A DNA stretch of 64,000 bases from an uncultured Bdellovibrionales bacterium (GTDB lineage: Bacteria; Patescibacteriota; Minisyncoccia; Moranbacterales; GWC2-37-73): the NCBI GenBank assembly GCA_964609855.1, contig CAZSTB010000006.1, forward strand, positions 365 through 64,364, written 5' to 3'. The notes under the pieces are model-generated. The model saw nothing but the letters and a program-made list of their open reading frames with translations, searched no databases and was not told the origin of the DNA. Position 1 is the first letter of the stretch. Each line of letters starts with the position of its first letter. Position numbers and translations under genes: made by a program. Positions 28,348-37,125 of this stretch are shown here, one piece after another.

Positions 28348-28710
28348 ATGATAAATTCATATAAAGACTTAATTGTTTGGCAAAAATCAAAGGATTTAGT
28401 CATTGAAATTTATAAAATTGTCGCTAATTTTCCTAAAGATGAAATTTATGGATTATCTTCCCAAATGCGCAGGTGTTCAATTTCAATACCATCAAATATC
28501 GCAGAGGGCAGATATAGGGGAACAAAAAAGGATTTCTTGCATTTTTTAAGAATTTCTTTTGGGTCAGGTGCTGAACTGGAAACACAGATATTAATTGCAA
28601 AGGAAATTTATGCTGATAGGGAAATTGATTTTGAAAAAGCTGAAAAATTATTAGAAGAAGTGATGAAGATGTTAAATGTTATGATTAAGAATTTAAATCC
28701 TAAAAGCTAA
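28348..28710 (+). CDS. four-helix-bundle protein (23S rRNA intervening-sequence protein family, TIGR02436)
   Basis: YKDLIVWQKSKDLVIEIYKI...SQMRRCSISIPSNIAEG...FLHFLRISFGS signature. Confidence 0.8.
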   Translation: MINSYKDLIVWQKSKDLVIEIYKIVANFPKDEIYGLSSQMRRCSISIPSNIAEGRYRGTKKDFLHFLRISFGSGAELETQILIAKEIYADREIDFEKAEKLLEEVMKMLNVMIKNLNPKS

Positions 28711-29522
28711 TGAAGCCAGAGAAGCTAAAAGCTAAAAAGAGTCTAGGGCAGAATTTTTTGAAAGACGATGAAATTTTGAATCGAATTATTGAACATGCAA
28801 ATTTAAATTTCAACGACACGGTAATTGAAATCGGTCCTGGTCAAGCTGCGCTTACGGAAAAATTGGCCAAGGTTTGCAAAAAAGTTATTGCGGTCGAAAT
28901 TGACGATAGACTTATTGAACCATTGCATACCAAATTAGTGGGAGATGAAAATGTTGAAATAATTCATGGCGATATCTTGAAAATAAACCTTCCTGAGCTA
29001 GTTTTAAATAGCGGTTTAGATAAGACTGGCTACAAAGTTGTTGCCAATATTCCTTATTACATAACTGCTCCAATCATTAGACTGCTATTGGAAACCAAAT
29101 TTCCAGCAAGTGAAATTATTCTAATGGTTCAAAAGGAAGTGGCTGAAAGAATTTCAGCCAAGCCTGGCGCCTTAAGTATTTTAGGTATTTCCGTGCAATA
29201 TTACGCTAAGGCCGAATATTTGTTTACCGTTTCCAAGGATGCTTTTGAACCTGTGCCTAAAATTGATAGCGCTATCATTAAGATTACAAGAAACAAGAAC
29301 CAAGAAAAAATAATCAATGAAGACACGAAGAAATTTTTCAAAGTTGTCAGGGCTGGATTTTCAGCAAAACGAAAAACTCTGGAAAATAATCTCTCCAATG
29401 GTTTACATTTAGATAAAACTGAAATTGCCAACAAGCTTGAATCCATTGGATTTTCAAAAAATACCAGAGCGCAAGAGCTTTCTGTTGAAGATTGGAAAAA
29501 GCTTACAGATTTACTGGCATAG
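28710..29522 (+). CDS. rsmA: 16S rRNA (adenine1518/1519-N6)-dimethyltransferase
   Basis: SLGQNFL, VIEIGPG, and NIPYYIT motifs. Confidence 0.85.
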   Translation: MKPEKLKAKKSLGQNFLKDDEILNRIIEHANLNFNDTVIEIGPGQAALTEKLAKVCKKVIAVEIDDRLIEPLHTKLVGDENVEIIHGDILKINLPELVLNSGLDKTGYKVVANIPYYITAPIIRLLLETKFPASEIILMVQKEVAERISAKPGALSILGISVQYYAKAEYLFTVSKDAFEPVPKIDSAIIKITRNKNQEKIINEDTKKFFKVVRAGFSAKRKTLENNLSNGLHLDKTEIANKLESIGFSKNTRAQELSVEDWKKLTDLLA

Positions 29523-29544
29523 CAGCTATTCTTAAATAGCATTA

Positions 29545-29578
29545 AAATCCTTGCTGGCTGGCAAGGATTTTAATTTTT
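29545..29578 (+). terminator. rho-independent terminator
   Basis: AAAATCCTTGC-loop-GCAAGGATTTT plus T-tract after rsmA. Confidence 0.55.
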
Positions 29579-29695
29579 GAGCGCAAGACAGTGGGAAATT
29601 CATATGCTACAATAGCGAAAGTAAACGCTAAGAATTGAGGACTTAAAAAATAAAAAAGCTCTGTCCCGAGATGTCGGGATGATTCGATATACATT

Positions 29696-31888
29696 ATGCA
29701 AGAAATACTTGAAGGTTTAAATGAACAACAAAAAGCGGCGGTCGTTACAGCTGAAGGACCACTTTTGATTATTGCTGGCGCTGGCTCAGGAAAAACCAAA
29801 ACCCTGACCCATCGCGTGGCCTACTTGATTAAGCACTATAAAATTCCGCCCAGAAATATTCTGGCGGTGACTTTTACCAATAAAGCCGCACAGGAAATGA
29901 AGGAGCGGGTTATGAAAATTTTATACCCCGAGGCGGATGCAAATTTCAAATATAGTTTGTATGGAAATTCAGATCTTCCGACACTGGGAACCTTTCATGC
30001 AATCTGCAGTAAAATTTTACGTGCTGAGATTGAAGCCCTGGGTTATGCGAAGACTTTCCATATTGTTGATGATCAGGATCAGCAGGTTCTGATGAAAAAA
30101 GTTCTAAAAGAATTGGAAATAGATGCGCAACAATTTGCGCCGCGCGCAATGCTCGCTACAATCAGTAAGGCAAAAAACGAACTGATGACAAGTGCGCAGT
30201 TTGCTTCTCAGGCAAATGGATATTTTGAGGAGATGGCGGCTAAAGCCTACAGCCTTTATCAGGCGAAACTCAAGGAAAATAATGGTTTGGATTTTGACGA
30301 CATCATCATGTTTACTGTTGATTTGTTTAAAAATTTTCCACAGATATTGGAAAATTATCAAAGACAGTTCCGCTATATCATGGTCGACGAGTATCAGGAT
30401 ACTAATCGTGCGCAATATCTGCTAATTAATCTTTTGGCTGGCGGCCATAGGAATTTGTGCGTGGTAGGTGATGACTGGCAGAGTATCTACAAATTTCGTG
30501 GCGCTGATATCAAGAACATTTTGAATTTTGAAAAAGATTACCCGGAAGCAAAGGTGATTCACTTGGAACAAAATTATCGTTCCTCGCAAGTTATTTTGGA
30601 TGCGGCATATGGGGTAATCTCAAAAAACATAAATCGCAAAGATAAAAAACTTTGGACCGAGCAAAAAGCCGGCCATCTGATCACATCCTTTGAAGCGGCG
30701 GATGAAAGAGATGAGGCAGAATTTATCGCCAGGGAGATTAAGCATAATAACGAGGGTGTTTATAAGAAATACGTGGTGCTCTACCGCACTAACGCACAAT
30801 CTCGAACAGTGGAGGAGATGTTTTTGAAAAATTCCATTCCATACCGCATCATCGGTGGAATAAAATTCTATCAACGTAAAGAAGTTAAGGATATCGTGGC
30901 CTACTTACGTTTGATTTCTAACAATACTGACATTGTTTCACTTGAACGGGTTATTAATGAACCGAAGAGAAATATTGGTGAAGCTACCGTAAAAAAGTGG
31001 GTAAGTATTTCCAGGGAAGTCGGGCTCAGTCCGATTGAGGCAGGATTGCAGCCAACTGTAATTAGTCAGCAAGTTGGAAATAATAAATTAGCCACCTCAA
31101 AGATAGAGGCGATAGCTAAATTTTGCGATTTTGTTCGTCGCATGGGCGAAATCAAAGGAAAAATCAAACTTACTGATTTTATAGAAAAAGTATTTTCAGA
31201 AAGCGGATACGAGCAAATGCTTTTAAAAGATGGTCCAGAGGGCGAGCTTCGCTGGGAGAATGTTAAAGAGCTTATTTCCGTTGCACATAAATACAATGAA
31301 AATGCAGCTGATTACGAAGATGTGCTAAGTGCATTTTTGGAAGAAGTGGCTCTAGCTTCAGATGTTGATAATGTCGATCAAAATCAGGACGCGGTACATC
31401 TGATGACACTGCACAGCGCTAAGGGATTGGAATTTCCAGTTGTCTTTATCGTTGGATTAGAAGAGGGTATCTTGCCTCATTCGCGTAGCTTATTGGCGTA
31501 CAGTGAGATGGAAGAGGAAAGAAGACTTATGTATGTTGGACTTACCCGTGCGAAAGAAAAAATATATTTACTTTTCACACGTCAGCGCACAATTTTTGGT
31601 ACTACTCAGATGAATTCTCCATCAAGATTCATCGAAGATATTCCAGAAAAATTGGTTTCAAAAAAAAGTTACCGCGAGCAGGAACAAAAAATATTCGAAT
31701 CTTTACTTAAGAAAAATTCCCAAACCAAGGTTTCCAGAACCGAATATAAAGGCGGGGAACGCGTCAGCCATAATGAATTTGGGGAAGGCATTGTTATTTC
31801 TGCGATGGGAGATGTTGTTGTGGTAGCTTTTAAGAAAGCAGGAATAAAGCGCTTGTCTGCTGAATTTGCGAAATTGAAGAAAATTTAG
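29696..31888 (+). CDS. pcrA: ATP-dependent DNA helicase PcrA/UvrD (SF1)
   Basis: GAGSGKT Walker A, DEYQDT, and the remaining SF1 helicase motifs along the full length. Confidence 0.85.
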   Translation: MQEILEGLNEQQKAAVVTAEGPLLIIAGAGSGKTKTLTHRVAYLIKHYKIPPRNILAVTFTNKAAQEMKERVMKILYPEADANFKYSLYGNSDLPTLGTFHAICSKILRAEIEALGYAKTFHIVDDQDQQVLMKKVLKELEIDAQQFAPRAMLATISKAKNELMTSAQFASQANGYFEEMAAKAYSLYQAKLKENNGLDFDDIIMFTVDLFKNFPQILENYQRQFRYIMVDEYQDTNRAQYLLINLLAGGHRNLCVVGDDWQSIYKFRGADIKNILNFEKDYPEAKVIHLEQNYRSSQVILDAAYGVISKNINRKDKKLWTEQKAGHLITSFEAADERDEAEFIAREIKHNNEGVYKKYVVLYRTNAQSRTVEEMFLKNSIPYRIIGGIKFYQRKEVKDIVAYLRLISNNTDIVSLERVINEPKRNIGEATVKKWVSISREVGLSPIEAGLQPTVISQQVGNNKLATSKIEAIAKFCDFVRRMGEIKGKIKLTDFIEKVFSESGYEQMLLKDGPEGELRWENVKELISVAHKYNENAADYEDVLSAFLEEVALASDVDNVDQNQDAVHLMTLHSAKGLEFPVVFIVGLEEGILPHSRSLLAYSEMEEERRLMYVGLTRAKEKIYLLFTRQRTIFGTTQMNSPSRFIEDIPEKLVSKKSYREQEQKIFESLLKKNSQTKVSRTEYKGGERVSHNEFGEGIVISAMGDVVVVAFKKAGIKRLSAEFAKLKKI

Positions 31889-31904
31889 ATTGTCCGGAAA
31901 AAGT

Positions 31905-31946
31905 GAGTTTAAACAAATTGGATTCTTAATCCAATTTGTTTTTTTT
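31905..31946. terminator. bidirectional terminator overlapping the xer 3' end
   Basis: AAACAAATTGGATT-loop-AATCCAATTTGTTTTTTTT. Confidence 0.55.
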
Positions 31947-32846
31947 ACCGTGAAACTTCTGATGAACATTTTTGAGTTGTTCGTTGGTGACATGTGTATA
32001 GATTTGAGTCGTGGTTATGGAAGAATGTCCGAGCATGGTTTGCACGCTGCGAATATCCGCGCCATTGGCAAGCAGGTCTGTTGCAAAGCTGTGTCTAAGG
32101 GTATGTGGATGCACATCTTTAACGATGCCAGCAATGGCAGCGTAATTCTTTACGATTCTTTGAATGGAGCGTGTTGTCAGTCTTTTGGTTTCCATTTCTG
32201 AATGTTTGCCTTGCGAATAACGGATGAAAAGTGCGGGATCAATGTCTGTGCGTTTTGCTAAATATTTTTGCAGCGCAATTTTGGCACTTTCTGAAATAAA
32301 GACGATTCGAATCTTATCGCCTTTTCCTCGGACGCTAAATTCTTGTCGTTCGATGTTTATTTGATCCCTGTTGATGTTTATCAGTTCGCTTACACGTAGT
32401 CCCGCAGAAAAAAGCAGTTCCAAAATAGCCTTATCTCTGAGAGACTTCAAATCTTGCTTGGAAGCTGCATTTAAAAGTCTGGCAACTTCCTCACCATCAA
32501 GGAATTCAATTTCATGGGAGGGATTTTTCCCAACTTCGATTTTTTCGCAAGCTAAACTTTTGATATCACGCTTGGAAAGATATTTCAAAAAACTCCTGAT
32601 TGCAATGATATGATAATTTTGTGTAGATCTTTTAAGGTTTGCGCCTTTAGTGTCGGTCAGGCGATTAAGATAAATGCGATACGCATGGACCAGCTCATTG
32701 GTAATATTTTCCGGGCGGTCAATCTTTGCCCAAGTAAAAAACCGCTTGAGATAATGATGATAGTTCTCAATTGTTTTTTGCGAACGTGTGCGTTCGATTT
32801 CCAGGTATTCCAAGAATTCTATTAAAAGTGTGTTTAAGTTTTGCAT
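31926..32846 (-). CDS. tyrosine site-specific recombinase (XerC/XerD family)
   Basis: C-terminal HTLRHSFATDLLANGADIRSVQTMLGHSSITTTQIYTHV with the catalytic R...HxxR...Y. Confidence 0.8.
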   Translation of the reverse strand: MQNLNTLLIEFLEYLEIERTRSQKTIENYHHYLKRFFTWAKIDRPENITNELVHAYRIYLNRLTDTKGANLKRSTQNYHIIAIRSFLKYLSKRDIKSLACEKIEVGKNPSHEIEFLDGEEVARLLNAASKQDLKSLRDKAILELLFSAGLRVSELININRDQINIERQEFSVRGKGDKIRIVFISESAKIALQKYLAKRTDIDPALFIRYSQGKHSEMETKRLTTRSIQRIVKNYAAIAGIVKDVHPHTLRHSFATDLLANGADIRSVQTMLGHSSITTTQIYTHVTNEQLKNVHQKFHGKKNKLD

Positions 32847-33026
32847 TTTTATTTGTGTATTTAAAATCCAGCGAAATTGAATCTAAATTTTAGCTGATTT
32901 GAATGATAACTGAATTTAAGGATTGAAGATGCTATTATTGTACCTCAAATTACATTTCTTATAAAATGACAATTAAAATAATGGCTTTAAATAGCTAAAA
33001 AATGACAATAAAGTGCATAAACCCTT

Positions 33027-33056
33027 TGACAAAACCAGTCAGCAGTATATACTCAA
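33027..33056 (+). promoter_or_regulatory. sigma70-like promoter TTGACA-N16-TATACT
   Basis: CTTTGACAAAACCAGTCAGCAGTATATACT about 300 nt upstream of the LysM-CHAP gene. Confidence 0.4.
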
Positions 33057-33358
33057 AAGCAGTTTAAAAATTAAGACTGCAGATTGATGGTAGCTGTAAA
33101 TCCGGCCCTTAATGCAATGCTGAACACCTGTTTGGGTATCCGCATTAAAGATTGGAAATCCTGAAGCAAATTCAGGATGACAGCAAATTTTGCCTAAAAT
33201 TGCACGTCGATTGAAAGGATTCAGCTATTAGTAAAAAACCATTTTTTTCTCATATCTCTGATCTCATAGAAAAGATTGACTTTAAAAGTCTTAACACAAA
33301 CCTTCATATCCGGCAACGCGCTATCGCGAACTTCATTAAAGAAAGAAGAACTTTAAAG

Positions 33359-34435
33359 TTGCTTCATCTTGTTCGTAATTATTCAGCTTTTGCTGTTGTC
33401 GTTAGTAGTGCCCTGCTTGTTAGTGCCACCAATGTAGCTTCATCCGGAAAGGGTGCTGGAAGCTTCCTTTTTGGTTATTGGGATTCATCAGCTCAAGCCT
33501 CGGCTGCACGTAGCAAGATTAGCGGACAAGTTGATAAGAAAAATGATTTAGCTTTAGTGCCACTTTCTAAGGCAAGCACAGCAGTTGATCCTGGAGCTAA
33601 AGAAGAGGAAGTAACTCAAAATATTATTCAAGGTCAGGGGATCATGGCTGCGGCTGGTGGAGCTAGCCCGATGAAAGATCCTGAACAAGATGGTGGGGTT
33701 AAAATGTATATCGTTCAATCAGGCGATACGCTTGGATCGATTGCTGCGAAAAATGAAGTTTCCATCAACACGATTTTGTGGGCCAACGATATTGATAATG
33801 TCGATTCGATCATGCCTGGCGACACTTTGTTTATTTTGCCTGTGTCTGGAATTAAATATGTCATAAAGGATGGCGACAAGATAGATGCCATCGCTGCTAA
33901 GTTTAAATCAGAAAAGGATAAGATTATCGCCTTTAATGATCTTCCGGCAAACGGAGATTTGGAGGCGGGAAAAGAGATTGTTATTCCTGACGGACAGGGA
34001 GAAGCTCCGAAACCTCAAGTGCCTGCAGCTAGTCCATCGACGCTTATTGAAAAAAGACAGTATGCAAACGCCACTGGTGGAACTCCTGAAGTTTCTACGG
34101 GAAAAATATTAGGCGGAAAACCTGGAACCGGACATAGGTTCCCATATGGATATTGCACGTGGTATGTTGCGCAAAAAAGACATGTCCCTTGGGGTGGAAA
34201 TGCTGGAACATGGCTATATCATGCAAAGGCTAGTGGATATGCAACCGGAAGAACACCTAAAGTCGGATCGATCATGGTTACCACTGAAAATCGCTACTAC
34301 GGCCACGTCGCTTATGTGGAAAAAGTTTCCGGAGATACGATAACAGTGAGCGAGATGAATTATGCCGGTTTTGCAAAAGTTTCTCGTCGCACACTTTCAG
34401 CAAAGAGTCGCGCAATCAAGGGATTTGTATATTAG
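33359..34435 (+). CDS. LysM-LysM-CHAP domain peptidoglycan hydrolase (secreted)
   Basis: Two LysM repeats (YIVQSGDTLGSIA..., YVIKDGDKIDAIA...). C-terminal CHAP with a Cys (CTWYV) and a His (YGHVAYV). TTG start per the ORF track. Confidence 0.75.
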   Translation: MLHLVRNYSAFAVVVSSALLVSATNVASSGKGAGSFLFGYWDSSAQASAARSKISGQVDKKNDLALVPLSKASTAVDPGAKEEEVTQNIIQGQGIMAAAGGASPMKDPEQDGGVKMYIVQSGDTLGSIAAKNEVSINTILWANDIDNVDSIMPGDTLFILPVSGIKYVIKDGDKIDAIAAKFKSEKDKIIAFNDLPANGDLEAGKEIVIPDGQGEAPKPQVPAASPSTLIEKRQYANATGGTPEVSTGKILGGKPGTGHRFPYGYCTWYVAQKRHVPWGGNAGTWLYHAKASGYATGRTPKVGSIMVTTENRYYGHVAYVEKVSGDTITVSEMNYAGFAKVSRRTLSAKSRAIKGFVY

Positions 34436-34454
34436 AAAGTGCTTGATATGAATA

Positions 34455-34487
34455 GAAAAAACTCAGTTATAATAGCTGAGTTTTTTT
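34455..34487 (+). terminator. rho-independent terminator
   Basis: AAAAAACTCAG-loop-CTGAGTTTTTTT. Confidence 0.6.
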
Positions 34488-34592
34488 CTTTTAAATAAGT
34501 TCTTCAAATATTATTTGCTACGGTAAAAAGGTTTCTATAAATATCGAAAATATGCTATAATTTTTTCATAGGAGATAACATAGAAATCCCGA

Positions 34593-36704
34593 ATGAATTG
34601 GATTTTCAAAAACAAAAACAAAAGAGCAAAGACGCTGCTTGTCGTCTTGTTTTTGGCGTTTGGATTCTCTTTTGTTAGTTTCGATGATGCGAAAGCGGCA
34701 GGTATTTGCGAAAGCGGCAGTACTGAAAAAACTTGCGAATGCTTTAATGGAAGTGCTTCATTAAGTTTTTTTCCGGCCGGACACAATATAAGTGATTTTA
34801 ATGCCCAGTTGACTACAGGTTTTTGTCATCAAGAATCTTGCATGCAATACTGCATGTTTAAATTTCCAGCTACGACTGCAGTTAAATATGACGGGGGAAC
34901 ATTTGGAACAAGCTCAATAAAAAATAGTTCAAGCGCTGTTATATCCGCACCCTCATTATCAGAGCAAGTTTGCGGCGGAACATTGAGCATGTTTAACCCT
35001 TCAACATGGCTGCAATGTGCGCTAATCATGGTTTTGCAACTCGTCGGCTATCTGTTCGCAATAGCGGCGACACTTTTTGCATGGGCAATTGATCCCTCAA
35101 ACGTTTCCGGGCCTAATGGTATTTTGGAAAAACAAGCCATCAAGGACGTGTGGATTATGGTTCGCGATCTTTTGAATATGACCTTTATTTTGATCTTACT
35201 TTTCTCGGCTTTCTGCACAATTTTTCAAATCGATAACTGGGGTCTTAAAAAAGTTTGGCTCAATATTTTGATAAACGCCCTCTTGGTAAATTTTTCCTTT
35301 CCAATTGCGCGTTTTATTATCGATATTTCAAACGTAACTTTTTATTATTTTGTAAAGCATTTGTTCGCATCTACTGGAACCTCAACTGTTACTGGTTCAA
35401 CAATCTTTTCAAGTTTTGCATCCACATCTGGAATCGGCGATTTGTTGCAGCCTGATAAATATGCGGACCATGCAATTCCATATCTGATTGCATCGATAAT
35501 TTTCGTTTTTATTTTCGGAATGACGCTGCTTATTATCGGAGCATTATTCATTGTTCGCCTTGTCGCGCTGGCAATGCTTATCATGTTTTCCCCGATCGGT
35601 TTTGTGGGTTATATTTTTCCTGAAAGTGCCAGTTATGCCAACAAGTGGTGGAAAAATCTTTTTAGCTACTCTTTCTTTGCGCCGATTATGATTTTTGTTA
35701 TGGCGATTTCGCTGCGAATCATGCAAGCCTTGCAGGCGGAGAATATGAGTTCGATGCAAGCGATCAGTGGAGTTAACGCCGTTTCAGATCAACAAGGTTG
35801 GGTGGCAAATGCAGCATTTTACACAATTCCGATTATCATTCTCTGGGGTGGAATGGGAATTGCAAAATCCTCAGGCATTGCCGGAGCGGACACCGTCGTC
35901 AATTCTGTGAAAAAAGGAGGAAAATGGGCTGCCACAAATCTTTCTGGTTACGGCTATATGAAAAAGAATTATGATGCTTACGCTGGAGCCAGAAAGAAAC
36001 GCGTAGAGGAAAAAGATAAGAAACGCTGGGGCGGCAAATTTGGCGATGGCGTAAATGATAAGCAAGATAAGCTATTGGCCAAGCTAGGCTCTGAAGCTGC
36101 GATGAAGCGATACAATAAGAGAAAAGAGACAGGAAATAAGGATGATATTAAAGATGGCGTTGAGGGAGCAGAAAGTAGAACTGCTGATGAATTAAAATCA
36201 CAAATCAAGACTTCTATGAACTCCACAACGCCACTGAGCGATAAGGAAAAAATGGATTATGCTATAAATGCTAAGTTGGCATTAAATCGTGGAGCTAAAT
36301 ATGAATCTGGATTTGAAGAAGATCTTAAGGCTGACATGAAAAACAATTTAACAACTGATTCTAGATTCGCCACATTGCATGCAAGTACTGTGGATCTCGC
36401 AAGGGCAGAGATGAATTTCAATAATCATCCAAAAAATCCTCCAACTGCAACTGGAACTAGTGCAAGCGCGCAGCGAAATCATCAAATTCAAATGGCGAAA
36501 TGGACTGCAGATAGAACCTTGCTGAAAGAAGCACATGAAAATGCAAAGAAGAAAGTCGAGTCAGATGAGAAAAAGATCATTCAAAGCGAAAAAACAAAGC
36601 ATCTCGACAACTTAAGAAAAGCAATTAAAGATGCCGAGGAGGTTGGAAAGATAAATAAACCGGCTCCAACTCCTGCACCTCCTGGCCCGACTCCAACACC
36701 ATAA
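34593..36704 (+). CDS. TrbL/VirB6-like polytopic T4SS membrane protein with Cys-rich N-terminal ectodomain and Pro-rich C-terminal tail
   Basis: Signal peptide plus Cys-rich region, then 6-7 TM helices. Charged Lys/Glu-rich tail ending PAPTPAPPGPTPTP. Promoter GAAAATATGCTATAAT at 34541-34557. Confidence 0.5.
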   Translation: MNWIFKNKNKRAKTLLVVLFLAFGFSFVSFDDAKAAGICESGSTEKTCECFNGSASLSFFPAGHNISDFNAQLTTGFCHQESCMQYCMFKFPATTAVKYDGGTFGTSSIKNSSSAVISAPSLSEQVCGGTLSMFNPSTWLQCALIMVLQLVGYLFAIAATLFAWAIDPSNVSGPNGILEKQAIKDVWIMVRDLLNMTFILILLFSAFCTIFQIDNWGLKKVWLNILINALLVNFSFPIARFIIDISNVTFYYFVKHLFASTGTSTVTGSTIFSSFASTSGIGDLLQPDKYADHAIPYLIASIIFVFIFGMTLLIIGALFIVRLVALAMLIMFSPIGFVGYIFPESASYANKWWKNLFSYSFFAPIMIFVMAISLRIMQALQAENMSSMQAISGVNAVSDQQGWVANAAFYTIPIIILWGGMGIAKSSGIAGADTVVNSVKKGGKWAATNLSGYGYMKKNYDAYAGARKKRVEEKDKKRWGGKFGDGVNDKQDKLLAKLGSEAAMKRYNKRKETGNKDDIKDGVEGAESRTADELKSQIKTSMNSTTPLSDKEKMDYAINAKLALNRGAKYESGFEEDLKADMKNNLTTDSRFATLHASTVDLARAEMNFNNHPKNPPTATGTSASAQRNHQIQMAKWTADRTLLKEAHENAKKKVESDEKKIIQSEKTKHLDNLRKAIKDAEEVGKINKPAPTPAPPGPTPTP

Positions 36705-36717
36705 TAAAAAAACAAAA

Positions 36718-37125
36718 ATGAGTAATAATTTGAGCGCATTGGAAGAATTTGATGCGCAAAGAAAAATTGAGATGCCGCATCTTTTGTATTCGGCAACTGA
36801 CCTGGTAGCGAAAAAAAATATCGCCTATGTTGTGTTGGCAAAAAAAGAAAAAGAGATACTGCTCATTAGTCCAGCTGGCTTCGGCGAGGCAGCTGTTGTC
36901 GCAGGCTTCAGCGAAAAAAATATTGAACATTTTGCCAAGTTTGCATCAAAGGAATGCAAAGAAAGAATGTTTGAAGTAATCAAGAATGATCTGCTTGCTA
37001 AGGATATTTGGGAAATCGCAGAGGCGATGGACGATGATTTAGGCAGAGATTCCAAGTCGCATCGCCAAAGAGTAAGAAAAGTGTTGCAATATATTTATAA
37101 TAATCAAACAGTTTTTCATTTTTGA
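36718..37125 (+). CDS. hypothetical protein
   Basis: 135 aa, no motif. Tightly packed after the virB6-like gene. Confidence 0.4.
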   Translation: MSNNLSALEEFDAQRKIEMPHLLYSATDLVAKKNIAYVVLAKKEKEILLISPAGFGEAAVVAGFSEKNIEHFAKFASKECKERMFEVIKNDLLAKDIWEIAEAMDDDLGRDSKSHRQRVRKVLQYIYNNQTVFHF

